25,517 nucleotides of DNA from a virus (IMGVR_UViG_3300027769_000117:1-25517); one strand, 5' to 3'. Positions 7,537 to 16,640 are shown, numbered from the stretch's first letter. Notes: generated from the sequence alone by a model not told the origin. Numbers and translations: made by a program.

Positions 7537-8451
7537 TTAGTAGGTTCCGCCGTCGATCGTGCTCTCGAGAGCGCTGATGCGGGTCTCGTGGTCGGCGACG
7601 TCGGCCTCGACTGCGTCCAGTCGGCTGTCGGCGCTGGCGTTTTCGAGGGTGGTGATGCGGTTGCTGAGGCTGGTGTCCGCTGTGGAGCGGTTGGAAGCCT
7701 CGGCGTCGATGTTGTTTTGGAGCGTCGTGTCGGCATTCGCGCGGCTGGTCGCTTCGGCCGAGACGGCGGCGATGCGCGCGGTCTCTTCGGCTGCGATGTC
7801 GGCTGCGTTGTCAACGATGTCTTGCTCGGCTGCGGAAACGCGGCCGGTCAACGCTGTCGCGGAGGTCTCGACCCCATCGATGCGCAGGCCCAACGCTGTG
7901 TCGGCCGATTGGCGTGCGCTGGTCTCGTCGGCAATATCGTCGTTGATCGAGAGGACGGCGGCCGCGAGGGCGTTGTCGTTGGTCAGGTCGACGCTGTTGA
8001 TGAGGTCCACGACCTCTTTGAAAGTATCGGCATCCGCTGTGGAGGCGGAAAGGATCGCATCGATGCGGCCTTTCTCGGTCGTGATTTTGCCGTCCAAAAC
8101 GAGGTCGGCTGCTTCGCGGGCGCTCTGCTCTGCCGAAACAGCGGCGATGCGTGCTGTCTCTTCTGCAGAAATATCGGCGGCGAGATCGCTCTCGGCACCT
8201 TGGGCGCGGCTGATTTCCGAATTCAGCGAGGTGCTGAGATTCGAGTCTCCGGACTCGCGAAGCGCGGCTTCGGCTGCGACGGCAGAGTCAACGAAGGTTT
8301 TCTTCGCGTAGCTCTCGCCGGAGAGGTCGAAAACGCCTTCTTCGGTTCCGATAAAAAGTTTCTTGTTGAGTTTGTCGAAGCCCAACTCTGCGAGCTGGAG
8401 CGACACTGGGGAGCCTGTTCCCCTTTTGATGCGAATTACTGGATTAGCCAT
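7537..8451 (-). CDS. Coiled-coil fibre protein with Mtd N-terminal-like head
   Basis: IRIKRGT..LQLAELGFD N-terminus; repeated EETARIAAVSAE / E..AR..AD coiled-coil units; ends IDGGTY. Confidence 0.75.
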   Translation of the reverse strand: MANPVIRIKRGTGSPVSLQLAELGFDKLNKKLFIGTEEGVFDLSGESYAKKTFVDSAVAAEAALRESGDSNLSTSLNSEISRAQGAESDLAADISAEETARIAAVSAEQSAREAADLVLDGKITTEKGRIDAILSASTADADTFKEVVDLINSVDLTNDNALAAAVLSINDDIADETSARQSADTALGLRIDGVETSATALTGRVSAAEQDIVDNAADIAAEETARIAAVSAEATSRANADTTLQNNIDAEASNRSTADTSLSNRITTLENASADSRLDAVEADVADHETRISALESTIDGGTY

Positions 8452-8501
8452 ATGATTTTTTTAGGTGGTGGTGGTTGTGGGTTTCGTTGTGGGGGTGATT
8501 G

Positions 8502-8729
8502 TCAAAAAGCGCCCGCGTCGATGACCGGAATCATGAGCGCGTAGCTGCTGGCGGAGGGCGACCAGCGGTAGGGCATTCCCTCGTCGAGGGCCATGTAGAG
8601 GCGGTCGGCTTTTCCGACGCTCGGGAAGCTCGAGCGTGTTGGGTATTCGACCACGACGGCGGGGAGCGTGAGGTCGAAGCTCGAGAGATCGAGCGTCTGC
8701 GTGAGGTTGCTCTCGGTGATTGTTGTCAT
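8502..8729 (-). CDS. Small fibre-associated protein
   Basis: FPSVGKADRLYMALD..YRW motif typical of fibre junction domains; ends IDAGAF; ATGA-coupled. Confidence 0.6.
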   Translation of the reverse strand: MTTITESNLTQTLDLSSFDLTLPAVVVEYPTRSSFPSVGKADRLYMALDEGMPYRWSPSASSYALMIPVIDAGAF

Positions 8730-10105
8730 GCGTAGGCGAGAGTCTCCCGGTTAGACCACGATCCAATGGCCGAGGCGGTGGCGAGCACGCGCCCGGCGGC
8801 GCTCAGCGTGGTGCGTTTGATTGTCCAGTTTGTGGCTGTCTCGGGCAGGGCGGGCGCGGCGGGGCGGTCGGAGTTGAGGAGTCGGCCGCTGTAGGTGGTG
8901 AGGCCGTCGAGGCTGGAGTCGAAGGCGAAGAGGTAGAGGGTCGGATCGATGGGCGGCTGGACGGTTCGCAGGCCGAGGGCGGTGCAGGCGATTTGCGTGC
9001 CGGCGGCGGGCGCAGAGTCGAAGGTGATGGTGCCCGAGGCTTCGCTCACGGTGTAGTCGCTCGTCGGCGCTTGCGTGACGCCGTTGAGGGCGACGAGGAC
9101 AGACTCGGGGTCGTTGCTGACGAGGCCGTCGATCGTGAAGGTGGTGCTGGTGCCGTCGGCGATGCGGATCGTGCTGTTGATCGACAGGCCGGGGGCGCTG
9201 GCGATGATGAAATCCGAGAGGCCGGTGATTTGGTTCGCGGGGTGGGTGTGCGACTCGGGTGGGAACTCGGTGGGTTTGCCAGTGAGGCTGCTCCAATCGA
9301 CGGGCGGCGAGACAGCGACGACGGCGGTGGCGAAGTCGGTAATCTCGGCGGCCGTGTGGGTGTGGGTGTCGAGCTGGGTTTGGAGCGTGCCGATGCTGGC
9401 GGCGGCTTCGGCGATGGAGTCGAGCGCGGCGGGATCGAGGTTGGCGGTGAGGTGGTCGATCCGCTGGCCGAGTGCGGTATCGGCGGAAGTAAGGGCGGCG
9501 AGGTCGGCAGTCAGGCCGGTGATCTCGCCTTTGAGATGCGTGTGCGCGGTGGCTGGGAAGGTCGCGGGCTTGTTCAGCACGCTGTCCCAAGTCGGTGGCG
9601 GGGCGAGTTCCGCGATGGCCTGCGCGGTCCTCAACGGGGTCATCCATTTGGCGTTGTCTGTGCCTGCCTCGGCTTCGGCTTGTGAGGCTTTGCCGTCGGG
9701 GATTGCGGCGGGGGTGCCCTCGTCGCCGGTGATCACGGCGTTCTGGAGTTCGACGGCGAGGGTGGCGGTGCGGTGGGCGGTGCCTGGCGCGCCCCAGCGG
9801 ATCTCGAGGAGGGCGGAGATGCTGGCGGGGTTGGAAGAAAACGCGGCCTCGACGGGGATGGTATTTAAAACAAGTGTGGTCTCTCCCGGGGCCGCGTAAG
9901 CTAGGAAATTGGCGTCGGAGAATTTGGCCTTGAGGCCGACGGCGGCCGTGGTGCCTGCGGGGGGCGTGGCGACTGCGCCGTTTTCGACATAGATGACCTC
10001 GATGGGGAGCGTGTCGCGGCGTTTGAGGATCAGGCGGTCGAGCGCGACATTCGACGCGGCGGACTTAACGAAGCGCCGGTTTTTTAAATCGAGAAAGAGT
10101 TTCAT
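8726..10105 (-). CDS. Tail fibre protein with HTH...I.GL repeats
   Basis: Three HxH fibre repeats (HTHLKGEITGL, HTHTAAEITDF, HTHPANQITGL), an ASQAEAEAGTDN..MTPLRT motif and a VLVALNGVTQAP..DY domain. Confidence 0.8.
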   Translation of the reverse strand: MKLFLDLKNRRFVKSAASNVALDRLILKRRDTLPIEVIYVENGAVATPPAGTTAAVGLKAKFSDANFLAYAAPGETTLVLNTIPVEAAFSSNPASISALLEIRWGAPGTAHRTATLAVELQNAVITGDEGTPAAIPDGKASQAEAEAGTDNAKWMTPLRTAQAIAELAPPPTWDSVLNKPATFPATAHTHLKGEITGLTADLAALTSADTALGQRIDHLTANLDPAALDSIAEAAASIGTLQTQLDTHTHTAAEITDFATAVVAVSPPVDWSSLTGKPTEFPPESHTHPANQITGLSDFIIASAPGLSINSTIRIADGTSTTFTIDGLVSNDPESVLVALNGVTQAPTSDYTVSEASGTITFDSAPAAGTQIACTALGLRTVQPPIDPTLYLFAFDSSLDGLTTYSGRLLNSDRPAAPALPETATNWTIKRTTLSAAGRVLATASAIGSWSNRETLAYA

Positions 10106-10132
10106 GCCGCTGACAGCGGCACGGGTGTCAAA

Positions 10133-10459
10133 TCATTCGCCCTTCCGAGTGGCTTCGGGAGCGGCTGAGACGGCTTTCCACTTTCCGAGCGGGCAGGCTT
10201 CGGTGGCCATGCGGAGTTTGGCCCAGGTCGAGCACCCGCACTTGCGGCATCGGCCGGTGTTGTTCAGCGCGGCGGCGTCCCATTCGGGACACGCGCGGCA
10301 GGTCGCCTCGCGGGTTGCGAGGGCTTCGGGTGGGGTGACGGCGAAGCCGGATGCGGTGAATTTTTTGCCAGCCATAATGGCATCGCCAATCATTTTGTGA
10401 GTAGCTCTAAAATCTTGAATCAGATTGGGGAACTTTTCTAAAATCTCGGCGCGTGTCAT
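10133..10459 (-). CDS. Small Cys-rich metal-binding protein
   Basis: R..TCRACPEW...CRKCGC...K.....CPLGKW (6 Cys); ATGA-coupled. Confidence 0.75.
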   Translation of the reverse strand: MTRAEILEKFPNLIQDFRATHKMIGDAIMAGKKFTASGFAVTPPEALATREATCRACPEWDAAALNNTGRCRKCGCSTWAKLRMATEACPLGKWKAVSAAPEATRKGE

Positions 10460-11007
10460 GAGATTGTGACGGTGAAATTAAACGGGAATTGGGTGGGGCT
10501 TGATTGCCAAGGAGGAGGCAGGCATTGCCCGTAAAAAGTAAAATCGTAAGAACCTTCTGGATTATCGCCGCTAATGAATTGATTTGGAAAATCCTCCGAG
10601 AACTGAAGCGGACAGACATCATCATACCCCATAAAGGTGAATTTGAAGCTGCCATAAGCGTAAAAACTCAAATTCCAACCACATACGCCGTTGTTTGCTC
10701 GCGAAAGATAGGCGCCAACATTTTGTTGCAAGAAAAAACCAGGATAATCAGGAATGTAACCGCCATAAACTGCCCCCCATGAATCTTGGCAAGTTCTTAT
10801 CGGGGTGCAGCATTGTGTAGGTGGGTATTGAAATTCTTCAATCAAATCCATCAAATCCGAAGAGCTCACAGAGAAGTTAAAATTTTTATTTACCGGAGGG
10901 CATTGCAAACACGGATCGATCGGCCCACAACACGCGCACTCGACGGCGCGGAGGCCGCCGTCGGTTTTTATCTTGATGGCGTTGGAAGATGTGCGGCCGA
11001 GGGTCAT
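10456..11007 (-). CDS. Cys-rich hypothetical tail-region protein
   Basis: Likely ATG at 11007 (MTLGRTSSNAIKIKTDGGLRAVECACC...); 11 Cys; AT-rich body. Confidence 0.65.
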   Translation of the reverse strand: MTLGRTSSNAIKIKTDGGLRAVECACCGPIDPCLQCPPVNKNFNFSVSSSDLMDLIEEFQYPPTQCCTPIRTCQDSWGAVYGGYIPDYPGFFLQQNVGAYLSRANNGVCGWNLSFYAYGSFKFTFMGYDDVCPLQFSEDFPNQFISGDNPEGSYDFTFYGQCLPPPWQSSPTQFPFNFTVTIS

Positions 11008-11012
11008 TTGGA

Positions 11013-11077
11013 GAAAGTAGGAAGGAGGAAGGAGGAAGGATGAAGCAAAAGCCCCTCCGTGCTCTCCGTGGTGAAAA
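11013..11077. repeat. Heptamer tandem repeat (GAAGGAG) plus CTCCGTGCTCTCCGTGGTGAAA element
   Basis: GAAAGTAG-GAAGGAG-GAAGGAG-GAAGGAT-GAAG followed by CTCCGTG CT CTCCGTG GTGAAA in an intergenic gap. Confidence 0.6.
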
Positions 11078-11083
11078 TCTGCC

Positions 11084-11377
11084 TCAACATTCCTCCGTGG
11101 CGAGCCATGTGAGCGTGCCATTCACCGCCGCGAGCACATGGGTGCCGCTGCCTGGGGTCTGCGGGAGCGGTTTGGAAAGCATTACTTTGCGGGTTTCGTG
11201 TCCTCCTGCGCCAAGCATATTTGTGACCGTGAAATGGTCCTCGTTGAAATGCTCCGTGGCAAAGGTGAAATTTTTGTCCAAGTCGTATCCTTTTATTGTA
11301 TAAGGATAACCTCCCGATGCTGGATTTGCGGCAGTTTTTGCCAGTGCATTAAATGAGATCGGTGGGATGGACGCCAT
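11084..11377 (-). CDS. Hypothetical tail protein
   Basis: 97-aa ORF tightly packed in the tail module; ends GTLTWLATEEC. Confidence 0.65.
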   Translation of the reverse strand: MASIPPISFNALAKTAANPASGGYPYTIKGYDLDKNFTFATEHFNEDHFTVTNMLGAGGHETRKVMLSKPLPQTPGSGTHVLAAVNGTLTWLATEEC

Positions 11378-11378
11378 T

Positions 11379-12104
11379 TTATGAGCAGTTTAAATTCTCT
11401 GGATATTTTTGCACAAAATGACCAAAATTTATAAGCAATGGAGTTCCTATGGCATATGACACCTCAAGCTCAATAATCGAACCATATACATTTGTCTTGA
11501 TAGTTGACGGATAAGCGCTTAAAGGTATTTGTCGGGGGGCAAAATTACCGTCATATGTTTGAGATGATATTGTCCCTATCAAGCCAAAATCTGTCAGGCT
11601 ATATGCTGAATTTGTAATGTCTTGAAAAGTAAGGTAATCATATATTTTTAATGTTGGTGTAGATGGCAACTCATTTCCTATTTTTTTTATCATAACGCTT
11701 TCTACAAAAACAGGTTTTGGGTGAGTTGGAGGGTTCCCAAAATAAAGTGGAATGGGAAAATTGTAGCCGCCACAACCCGGGCCTTCTGTAATGACTGAAG
11801 ACGATGTGCCTGTGGCATAAACAAACTCACGCGAGATCGATGTTACGACCTCTTGAATAGTCTCATCCCAAACGCCATATCCCGTGGCATTTACGCGCTC
11901 AAAGCCATCCGTGCCGACGCTCACAGTCGGCTCGGGCCAGACATCGACATTGCCAATCGAGGTCACGATCACGGCGGGCAGGTCGCCATTTCCGACGGGG
12001 CGGATGTATTCGGCTGATACCGTGAATAGTCCGCTTTTGAATTTCTGCTCGGTCTTGCTTTGCAGCAGTGGCCATTGGGTGCTGGATGCGGAGTAGACGG
12101 GCAT
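11379..12104 (-). CDS. Tail protein directly downstream of the tape measure (distal-tail position)
   Basis: 241-aa ORF; assignment by synteny only. Confidence 0.6.
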   Translation of the reverse strand: MPVYSASSTQWPLLQSKTEQKFKSGLFTVSAEYIRPVGNGDLPAVIVTSIGNVDVWPEPTVSVGTDGFERVNATGYGVWDETIQEVVTSISREFVYATGTSSSVITEGPGCGGYNFPIPLYFGNPPTHPKPVFVESVMIKKIGNELPSTPTLKIYDYLTFQDITNSAYSLTDFGLIGTISSQTYDGNFAPRQIPLSAYPSTIKTNVYGSIIELEVSYAIGTPLLINFGHFVQKYPENLNCS

Positions 12105-12109
12105 ATAAC

Positions 12110-14656
12110 TTAGACGATGGCTGGGACGGGGAGTTTATTGGAAAGCGTGGTCATCGTGGTCTTGATGTCGCCGAGCAAGACTTTGAGATCGCCGAGGATT
12201 TTCGTGCCTTCGCCGGTGGTGATGGCGAGGTCGATGTTTTCCTTGAGCTTGGATTTGATCGACTCGATGGAGGCGGAGGCGTCGAGGTTGAGGGTCTGCT
12301 GGGTGGAGCCGAGCTTGATGATTTCGGCCTGGATGTTTTGCAGAGAGTTCTTGCCGCCTTTTTCGTCAATCGGCTGGATGCCGGTGAGTTCGCCGCGCTT
12401 GCTGGCGATGTAGCTGAGGATGGCATCCATTTGCTCGGTGCCGGTGGAGCCGAGGTTTTTGATGCCGAGCGCGCGGGCGATGTCGGGGAAGGATTTGTTT
12501 TTGAGATCCACGCCGATGTATTCGCCGAAAGCGGTGATTTCCTTGCGGGCGTCGGCGGTCTGCTCTTTGAGGCTCTTCACGGGCTTGGAGGGATCGACGC
12601 CTTTGATGTAATCGAGCCAGGTGGCGAAGGACTTGGCGGCCTCGGCGGCTTTGCTGGCCTCGGCTTTGGCTTCGGAGACGGTCGTCTTGTCCACTTTAAC
12701 GGCAGCGGCGGCGTTTTTGGCGTTGACGAAATTCGTGGCGAGGACTCCGGCTTCTTCTTTGGTGACGCCGAGGGTTTTCACATAGTCGTCGGTGAGCTTG
12801 GCTATCTCTTCGGTGGCCTTCTTGCGCTCGAGGTCTTTTTCGAGGGAGGCCACGAGTTCGGTGTTGCCTGCGGCTTTGGCGGAGTTGAGCTGGGTCTCGA
12901 GTTCGATGATGGCGGTTTTGTCGGCTTTGGCTAGGGCGTCTGCGGCGGCTTGCTGGTCTTTGAGTGCTTGGCGTTTTTTAAGCTCGTCCTCGGTCTGGGC
13001 GGCTTGCGTCGCGCGCTCGGCGGTGGTGGCGGCGGTCGCGGCAGTGACTTCGTCCTGGAGGGTCTTGACTACAGCGGCCTGCTCGCCGGTTTTGAAAAAC
13101 TCGGCGTTTGCGCTGGCGAGGTTTTGCTCAAACTCTTTTGGGATTTCGCCGATTTGCTTTTTGGCGTTGGCGGAGAAATTTTCAAAAGAAGTTCCGAGGG
13201 TTTCTTTTTGTTTTTCGAGGTTGGCTTGCATGCCATCCATTGAGCCGCGAAGGGCATCGAGGCCTTTGTTGGCGGCGTTGAAGGCCAAGGCTGCCGGGCC
13301 TGCGATATTTGGCAGGAATGTGGCGGCGAGGTTGATTGTCTTGAGTAGGCCATCGTTGATGTCCGGCAACATGGCCAGAATGCCTTGAGCGAATTTTACG
13401 CCGGAGGCTTTGCCTGCATACGCAAACGAGTCGATCAGCAGAGTGAATGTGCCGCTGGATGGGCCGAATAAATCGACGATGGTATCTGCCGCCGTCTGCA
13501 AACTCGCTGAAAGATATTTGTAAATCGCGTTGCCGCTTTGCATCGCCTGCAGTTTTAAAGATTCCCAGAAAAGCTCGAAGGCCAAGGCGACCTTGCCGAT
13601 GGAGATGGCATCCACGGCGGCTTGGAAACCTTTCATGGCGTTCTCTCCGCCGAGGAAGGCATTGGCAAGGTTTTGGCCTACGGCGGCGGCATCGATGCGG
13701 GACAGGGCTGTGGTGATGGCGTCGAGGGCGGGGAGGGCGCGGTCGAGGATGCCTGCGGCGAAGTCGCGCACTTTCTGCTGAATAATGAGGAAGCGGTCGC
13801 CGACGGCGTCGAAGACATTGGCTCGGCGGTCCATGATGTCCGCCATGCTGCCGACGGTGGCGCGGGCTTCGTTCATTTCGCCCGAGAAATTGGTGAGGAG
13901 CGGGAGGAGTTCCGCGCCGGATTTGCCGAAGACATCGATGGCGGTGGCGGCGCGTTTGGTGGGGTCTTCGATGCTGGTGAGGCCGGAGGCGACGAGGGCG
14001 AGCTGCTCGGTGGGGGTCTTCCCGGCGAGTTCTTCCATGGAGAGGCCCATGCGGCCAAAGGCGGCGACGGCTTCTTTGCTGCCTTCGCCTGCGCCGAAGA
14101 TGTTGTTTTGGAGTTTGGCCAGGGCGGGCCCGACCTTGTCCGCACCGGCGCCGGTATTGTCGAAGGCGCGCTGGAGGAGGAGGAGATTGCCGGCCGTCTC
14201 GCCGGTGGAGGCGGAGAGGTCGGAGAGGGTGCCGCCGAGGTCGAGGGCGTCGGTGAAGCCTTGAATGGTATTCCGCACGGCAGCGAATCCGGCATCCAGG
14301 ACGGCGGTGAAGGCTTTCGCGGCGAGCTGGCCGACTCCGACGGCAGCGGCGAGTTTGCCGAATCCAATCCCGGCTTGGTCGCCCATTTTCTCGCTCTTGT
14401 CGCCCGCGCCTTTGATGTCTTTGCCGAGGGCATCGACCTTCGGCGATGCGGCTCCGGATTGGTCGCCCATGGCCTTGAGGCGTTTTTCCATGTTCTCGAC
14501 TTGGCCGATGCGTTTCATCGTGGACTCGAGTTCTTCCATGGAAAGCTCGCCGCTCTTGACCTTCCCTTGAAGGTTGCCCATCTCGGTCTGGATTTGCTGG
14601 AGGGCTTTTTCCAGCCCGACATCTGTTGCACCGAATTCTACTGAGACATCTGCCAT
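12110..14656 (-). CDS. Tail tape measure protein
   Basis: 848 aa, Ala/Gly/Leu-rich and helical; AIDVFGKSGAELLPLL motif typical of TMPs; downstream of the tail chaperones. Confidence 0.92.
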   Translation of the reverse strand: MADVSVEFGATDVGLEKALQQIQTEMGNLQGKVKSGELSMEELESTMKRIGQVENMEKRLKAMGDQSGAASPKVDALGKDIKGAGDKSEKMGDQAGIGFGKLAAAVGVGQLAAKAFTAVLDAGFAAVRNTIQGFTDALDLGGTLSDLSASTGETAGNLLLLQRAFDNTGAGADKVGPALAKLQNNIFGAGEGSKEAVAAFGRMGLSMEELAGKTPTEQLALVASGLTSIEDPTKRAATAIDVFGKSGAELLPLLTNFSGEMNEARATVGSMADIMDRRANVFDAVGDRFLIIQQKVRDFAAGILDRALPALDAITTALSRIDAAAVGQNLANAFLGGENAMKGFQAAVDAISIGKVALAFELFWESLKLQAMQSGNAIYKYLSASLQTAADTIVDLFGPSSGTFTLLIDSFAYAGKASGVKFAQGILAMLPDINDGLLKTINLAATFLPNIAGPAALAFNAANKGLDALRGSMDGMQANLEKQKETLGTSFENFSANAKKQIGEIPKEFEQNLASANAEFFKTGEQAAVVKTLQDEVTAATAATTAERATQAAQTEDELKKRQALKDQQAAADALAKADKTAIIELETQLNSAKAAGNTELVASLEKDLERKKATEEIAKLTDDYVKTLGVTKEEAGVLATNFVNAKNAAAAVKVDKTTVSEAKAEASKAAEAAKSFATWLDYIKGVDPSKPVKSLKEQTADARKEITAFGEYIGVDLKNKSFPDIARALGIKNLGSTGTEQMDAILSYIASKRGELTGIQPIDEKGGKNSLQNIQAEIIKLGSTQQTLNLDASASIESIKSKLKENIDLAITTGEGTKILGDLKVLLGDIKTTMTTLSNKLPVPAIV

Positions 14657-14660
14657 AGCT

Positions 14661-15494
14661 TTACGCGGGTTTCAGCCGCTTTTTGAGGATGGTCTCCATT
14701 TGTTTTTTCATTTTCTCGGCAACGATGTTCAGCGCCATGAGTTGCTCGCTGGGGCGAATGACTTTGTCGGCCCACGGGATGGAATTGGTGAGCACCACGG
14801 AGGGGCGTTTGTTTGAGGTCTTAAACATCGGGCGAGCCGAAGTGCCGAGGGAGACGACATTGTCGGATTTATCCACCACGGTGCCGAGGCCGCGCGTGTG
14901 CCGGGTGACCCATGGTTTGATGCCGCGCGACATGCTGCCCTTAACGACTTTTTTTAAACCCTCGGCGCACTCGCTCCATCCGCTCTTGCTAATGCCTGCG
15001 GCCTTCTGGCGGGTGGCGATGTAGTTACTCAATGCAGAGGAATCAGTAGCTAGATAAAATTTATTTGGGCGCTTGTAGGTGCGGCCGGTCTTGATGTTCC
15101 GGTTCACTTCGTGGGTGTCGCGCATGTCGTCGCGGTTGATTAGCGTAAAGGCCTCCGCCCCCATGCCGACCTTGGCTAAAGTTTCGGCAAGGACGCTCCA
15201 TTTCCCGGCAAAATAGTTTTTTTTCAGCGAGGCTTTAAGCCGTTCGTTCGTGGTTCGGCCGAGGAATTTTAAAAAATAAACCGGCGGCTTGATGATGTTC
15301 GAAATGTCCTTGCGGATGCGCTCCTTTTGCTGCTCCTCGCTCTCGTGGCCGAATGCCTGCGTGCGCCTCGCCAACTCGACGCAAAGGAGGCGGGCATTGG
15401 TATGCACGGCCTCGGGCAGCGTCTTTTCCAGAATCGTGGCGTAATCATACATGATTCGCTCGAAGCGGAGGTTGGTGAGTTTGAACTTTGGCAT
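14661..15494 (-). CDS. Basic hypothetical protein, possibly a neck/tail-completion (HK97 gp10-like) protein
   Basis: 277 aa; TGATG-coupled; helical N-terminus ...LCVELARRT and C-terminal VLTNSIPWA resemble the morphogenesis-protein pattern. Confidence 0.5.
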   Translation of the reverse strand: MPKFKLTNLRFERIMYDYATILEKTLPEAVHTNARLLCVELARRTQAFGHESEEQQKERIRKDISNIIKPPVYFLKFLGRTTNERLKASLKKNYFAGKWSVLAETLAKVGMGAEAFTLINRDDMRDTHEVNRNIKTGRTYKRPNKFYLATDSSALSNYIATRQKAAGISKSGWSECAEGLKKVVKGSMSRGIKPWVTRHTRGLGTVVDKSDNVVSLGTSARPMFKTSNKRPSVVLTNSIPWADKVIRPSEQLMALNIVAEKMKKQMETILKKRLKPA

Positions 15495-15724
15495 CAGGTG
15501 ATTTTTGCGAAAGCGGCGTCTATTGCGGCGAGGGAGTCAAAATCCACCTTGCGGGAGTTGCGGGTCCAGGTGCGTCGGCGGCCGTGGGCGGCGTCGTCGG
15601 CGTGAATGATTTGGAGGCCTGCGGCGAAAGGGAGGTCTTCGAGGATTTCGCGGAAGCCCCAGCCGGTGATTCGAGCGATGCGGTAAACATAGCCAGCGAG
15701 CCAGCCGGGGCTGTTTAGTTTCCC
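15494..15724 (-). CDS. Tail assembly chaperone, frameshifted C-terminal part (gpT equivalent)
   Basis: Open -1 frame entered at slippery G GGA AAC; KLNSPGWLAGYVYRIARITGWGFREILEDLPF resembles gpGT C-termini. Confidence 0.78.
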   Translation of the reverse strand, partial: GKLNSPGWLAGYVYRIARITGWGFREILEDLPFAAGLQIIHADDAAHGRRRTWTRNSRKVDFDSLAAIDAAFAKIT

Positions 15725-16107
15725 CCTGCGGACTTTCCGCCTTGGGTCTCGGAGAAGCTGGCGAAGTATTCGTTCGTGCGCTCGAGGCAGAGCTTTTGGA
15801 GTTCGGCGATCTCGGAGGCGGATGGGTTTTGTTTTTCCATCCAATCATCCACGGCGGCGACGAAGCGGGCGTGGTCGTTCACGGTTGAGCGGACCGAGGC
15901 TTTGGGCGCGGAGTGGATGAAGGCGAAGCCGCCGGAGCGCCAGAGGATATCCATCTCGGGGCTGAGGATTTTGTTGCGCTGCATCCAGGAGATTTCGAGC
16001 GCGGCGGTGGGGCGCATTTCCCAGCGGGAAAGGGCTTGCGGGCCGCTGGTCATGGCTTGCTCGCGCAGGGCTTCGTCGTCGGTGAGGAGGTCGTTTGTAT
16101 CTGTCAT
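15715..16107 (-). CDS. Tail assembly chaperone (gpG equivalent)
   Basis: Lies between the major tail protein and the TMP; ends GGG GGA AAC TAA. Confidence 0.8.
   Translation of the reverse strand: MTDTNDLLTDDEALREQAMTSGPQALSRWEMRPTAALEISWMQRNKILSPEMDILWRSGGFAFIHSAPKASVRSTVNDHARFVAAVDDWMEKQNPSASEIAELQKLCLERTNEYFASFSETQGGKSAGGN
15718..15724 (-). promoter_or_regulatory. Programmed -1 ribosomal frameshift site GGGAAAC
   Basis: X XXY YYZ heptamer in the correct phase immediately before the stop; compare lambda G/T GGGAAAG. Confidence 0.8.
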
Positions 16108-16130
16108 GTGTTTGTCGTTGGGTTGGTTGG

Positions 16131-16595
16131 TTAGAGAAATTTGGCGAAGCGCTTCTTGTCGGCTTCGGTGGCGTTTTCGGAGATGCTCACGATCTTGCCG
16201 TTGCGCTCGAAAACGATCTGGCGGGGGGTTCCTTTGATGATGTTCAGCAGGCCGTCGCGTGTGAAAAGTAGGCCAGTAAAATCAATGACAGGAGAGCCGG
16301 GATACTCGGCGCGGAGTTTTTGCCAGAGAGGTGCGGCTGGGTTTTTTTCTGGCGCGGCAGCGATATCTTCGATGGCTTGTTTTGTTTTTGCGTAAATACG
16401 CATCACTTCATCGGCCTGCTGACCGGTGCTTGGGTGAGAGGCTTTGAAATGGAAGACGGTGGACTCGTCGCCGGATTCGCGCTTGATGCGGGTGGCGGGG
16501 GCTTTGTCGGATTCAAACTCAAAGCCCATCCAATCAAGGATCGTGGCGAGCTTGAGGTCGCGCGTGTTGAAAATGGCAATGTGTCGTGGGTTCAT
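16131..16595 (-). CDS. Hypothetical protein between major tail and chaperone genes
   Basis: 154-aa ORF with N-terminal TRDLKLATILDWMGF motif (DUF5659-like by recollection, unverified). Confidence 0.6.
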   Translation of the reverse strand: MNPRHIAIFNTRDLKLATILDWMGFEFESDKAPATRIKRESGDESTVFHFKASHPSTGQQADEVMRIYAKTKQAIEDIAAAPEKNPAAPLWQKLRAEYPGSPVIDFTGLLFTRDGLLNIIKGTPRQIVFERNGKIVSISENATEADKKRFAKFL

Positions 16596-16609
16596 TTCTC
16601 GTGGGGTGC

Positions 16610-16640
16610 GGCCGGGGAGCCGCTAGGCGACTGCCCCGGC
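16610..16640 (-). other. GC-rich bulged hairpin after the major tail gene
   Basis: Minus strand GCCGGGG-C-AGTCGC-CTA-GCGGCT-CCCCGGC; no U-tract. Confidence 0.55.

Noticed and set aside
5722-12104. Diversity-generating retroelement target or template repeats in fibre genes
   Set aside because: No reverse transcriptase and no near-identical repeat pair differing at adenines were seen in this window.
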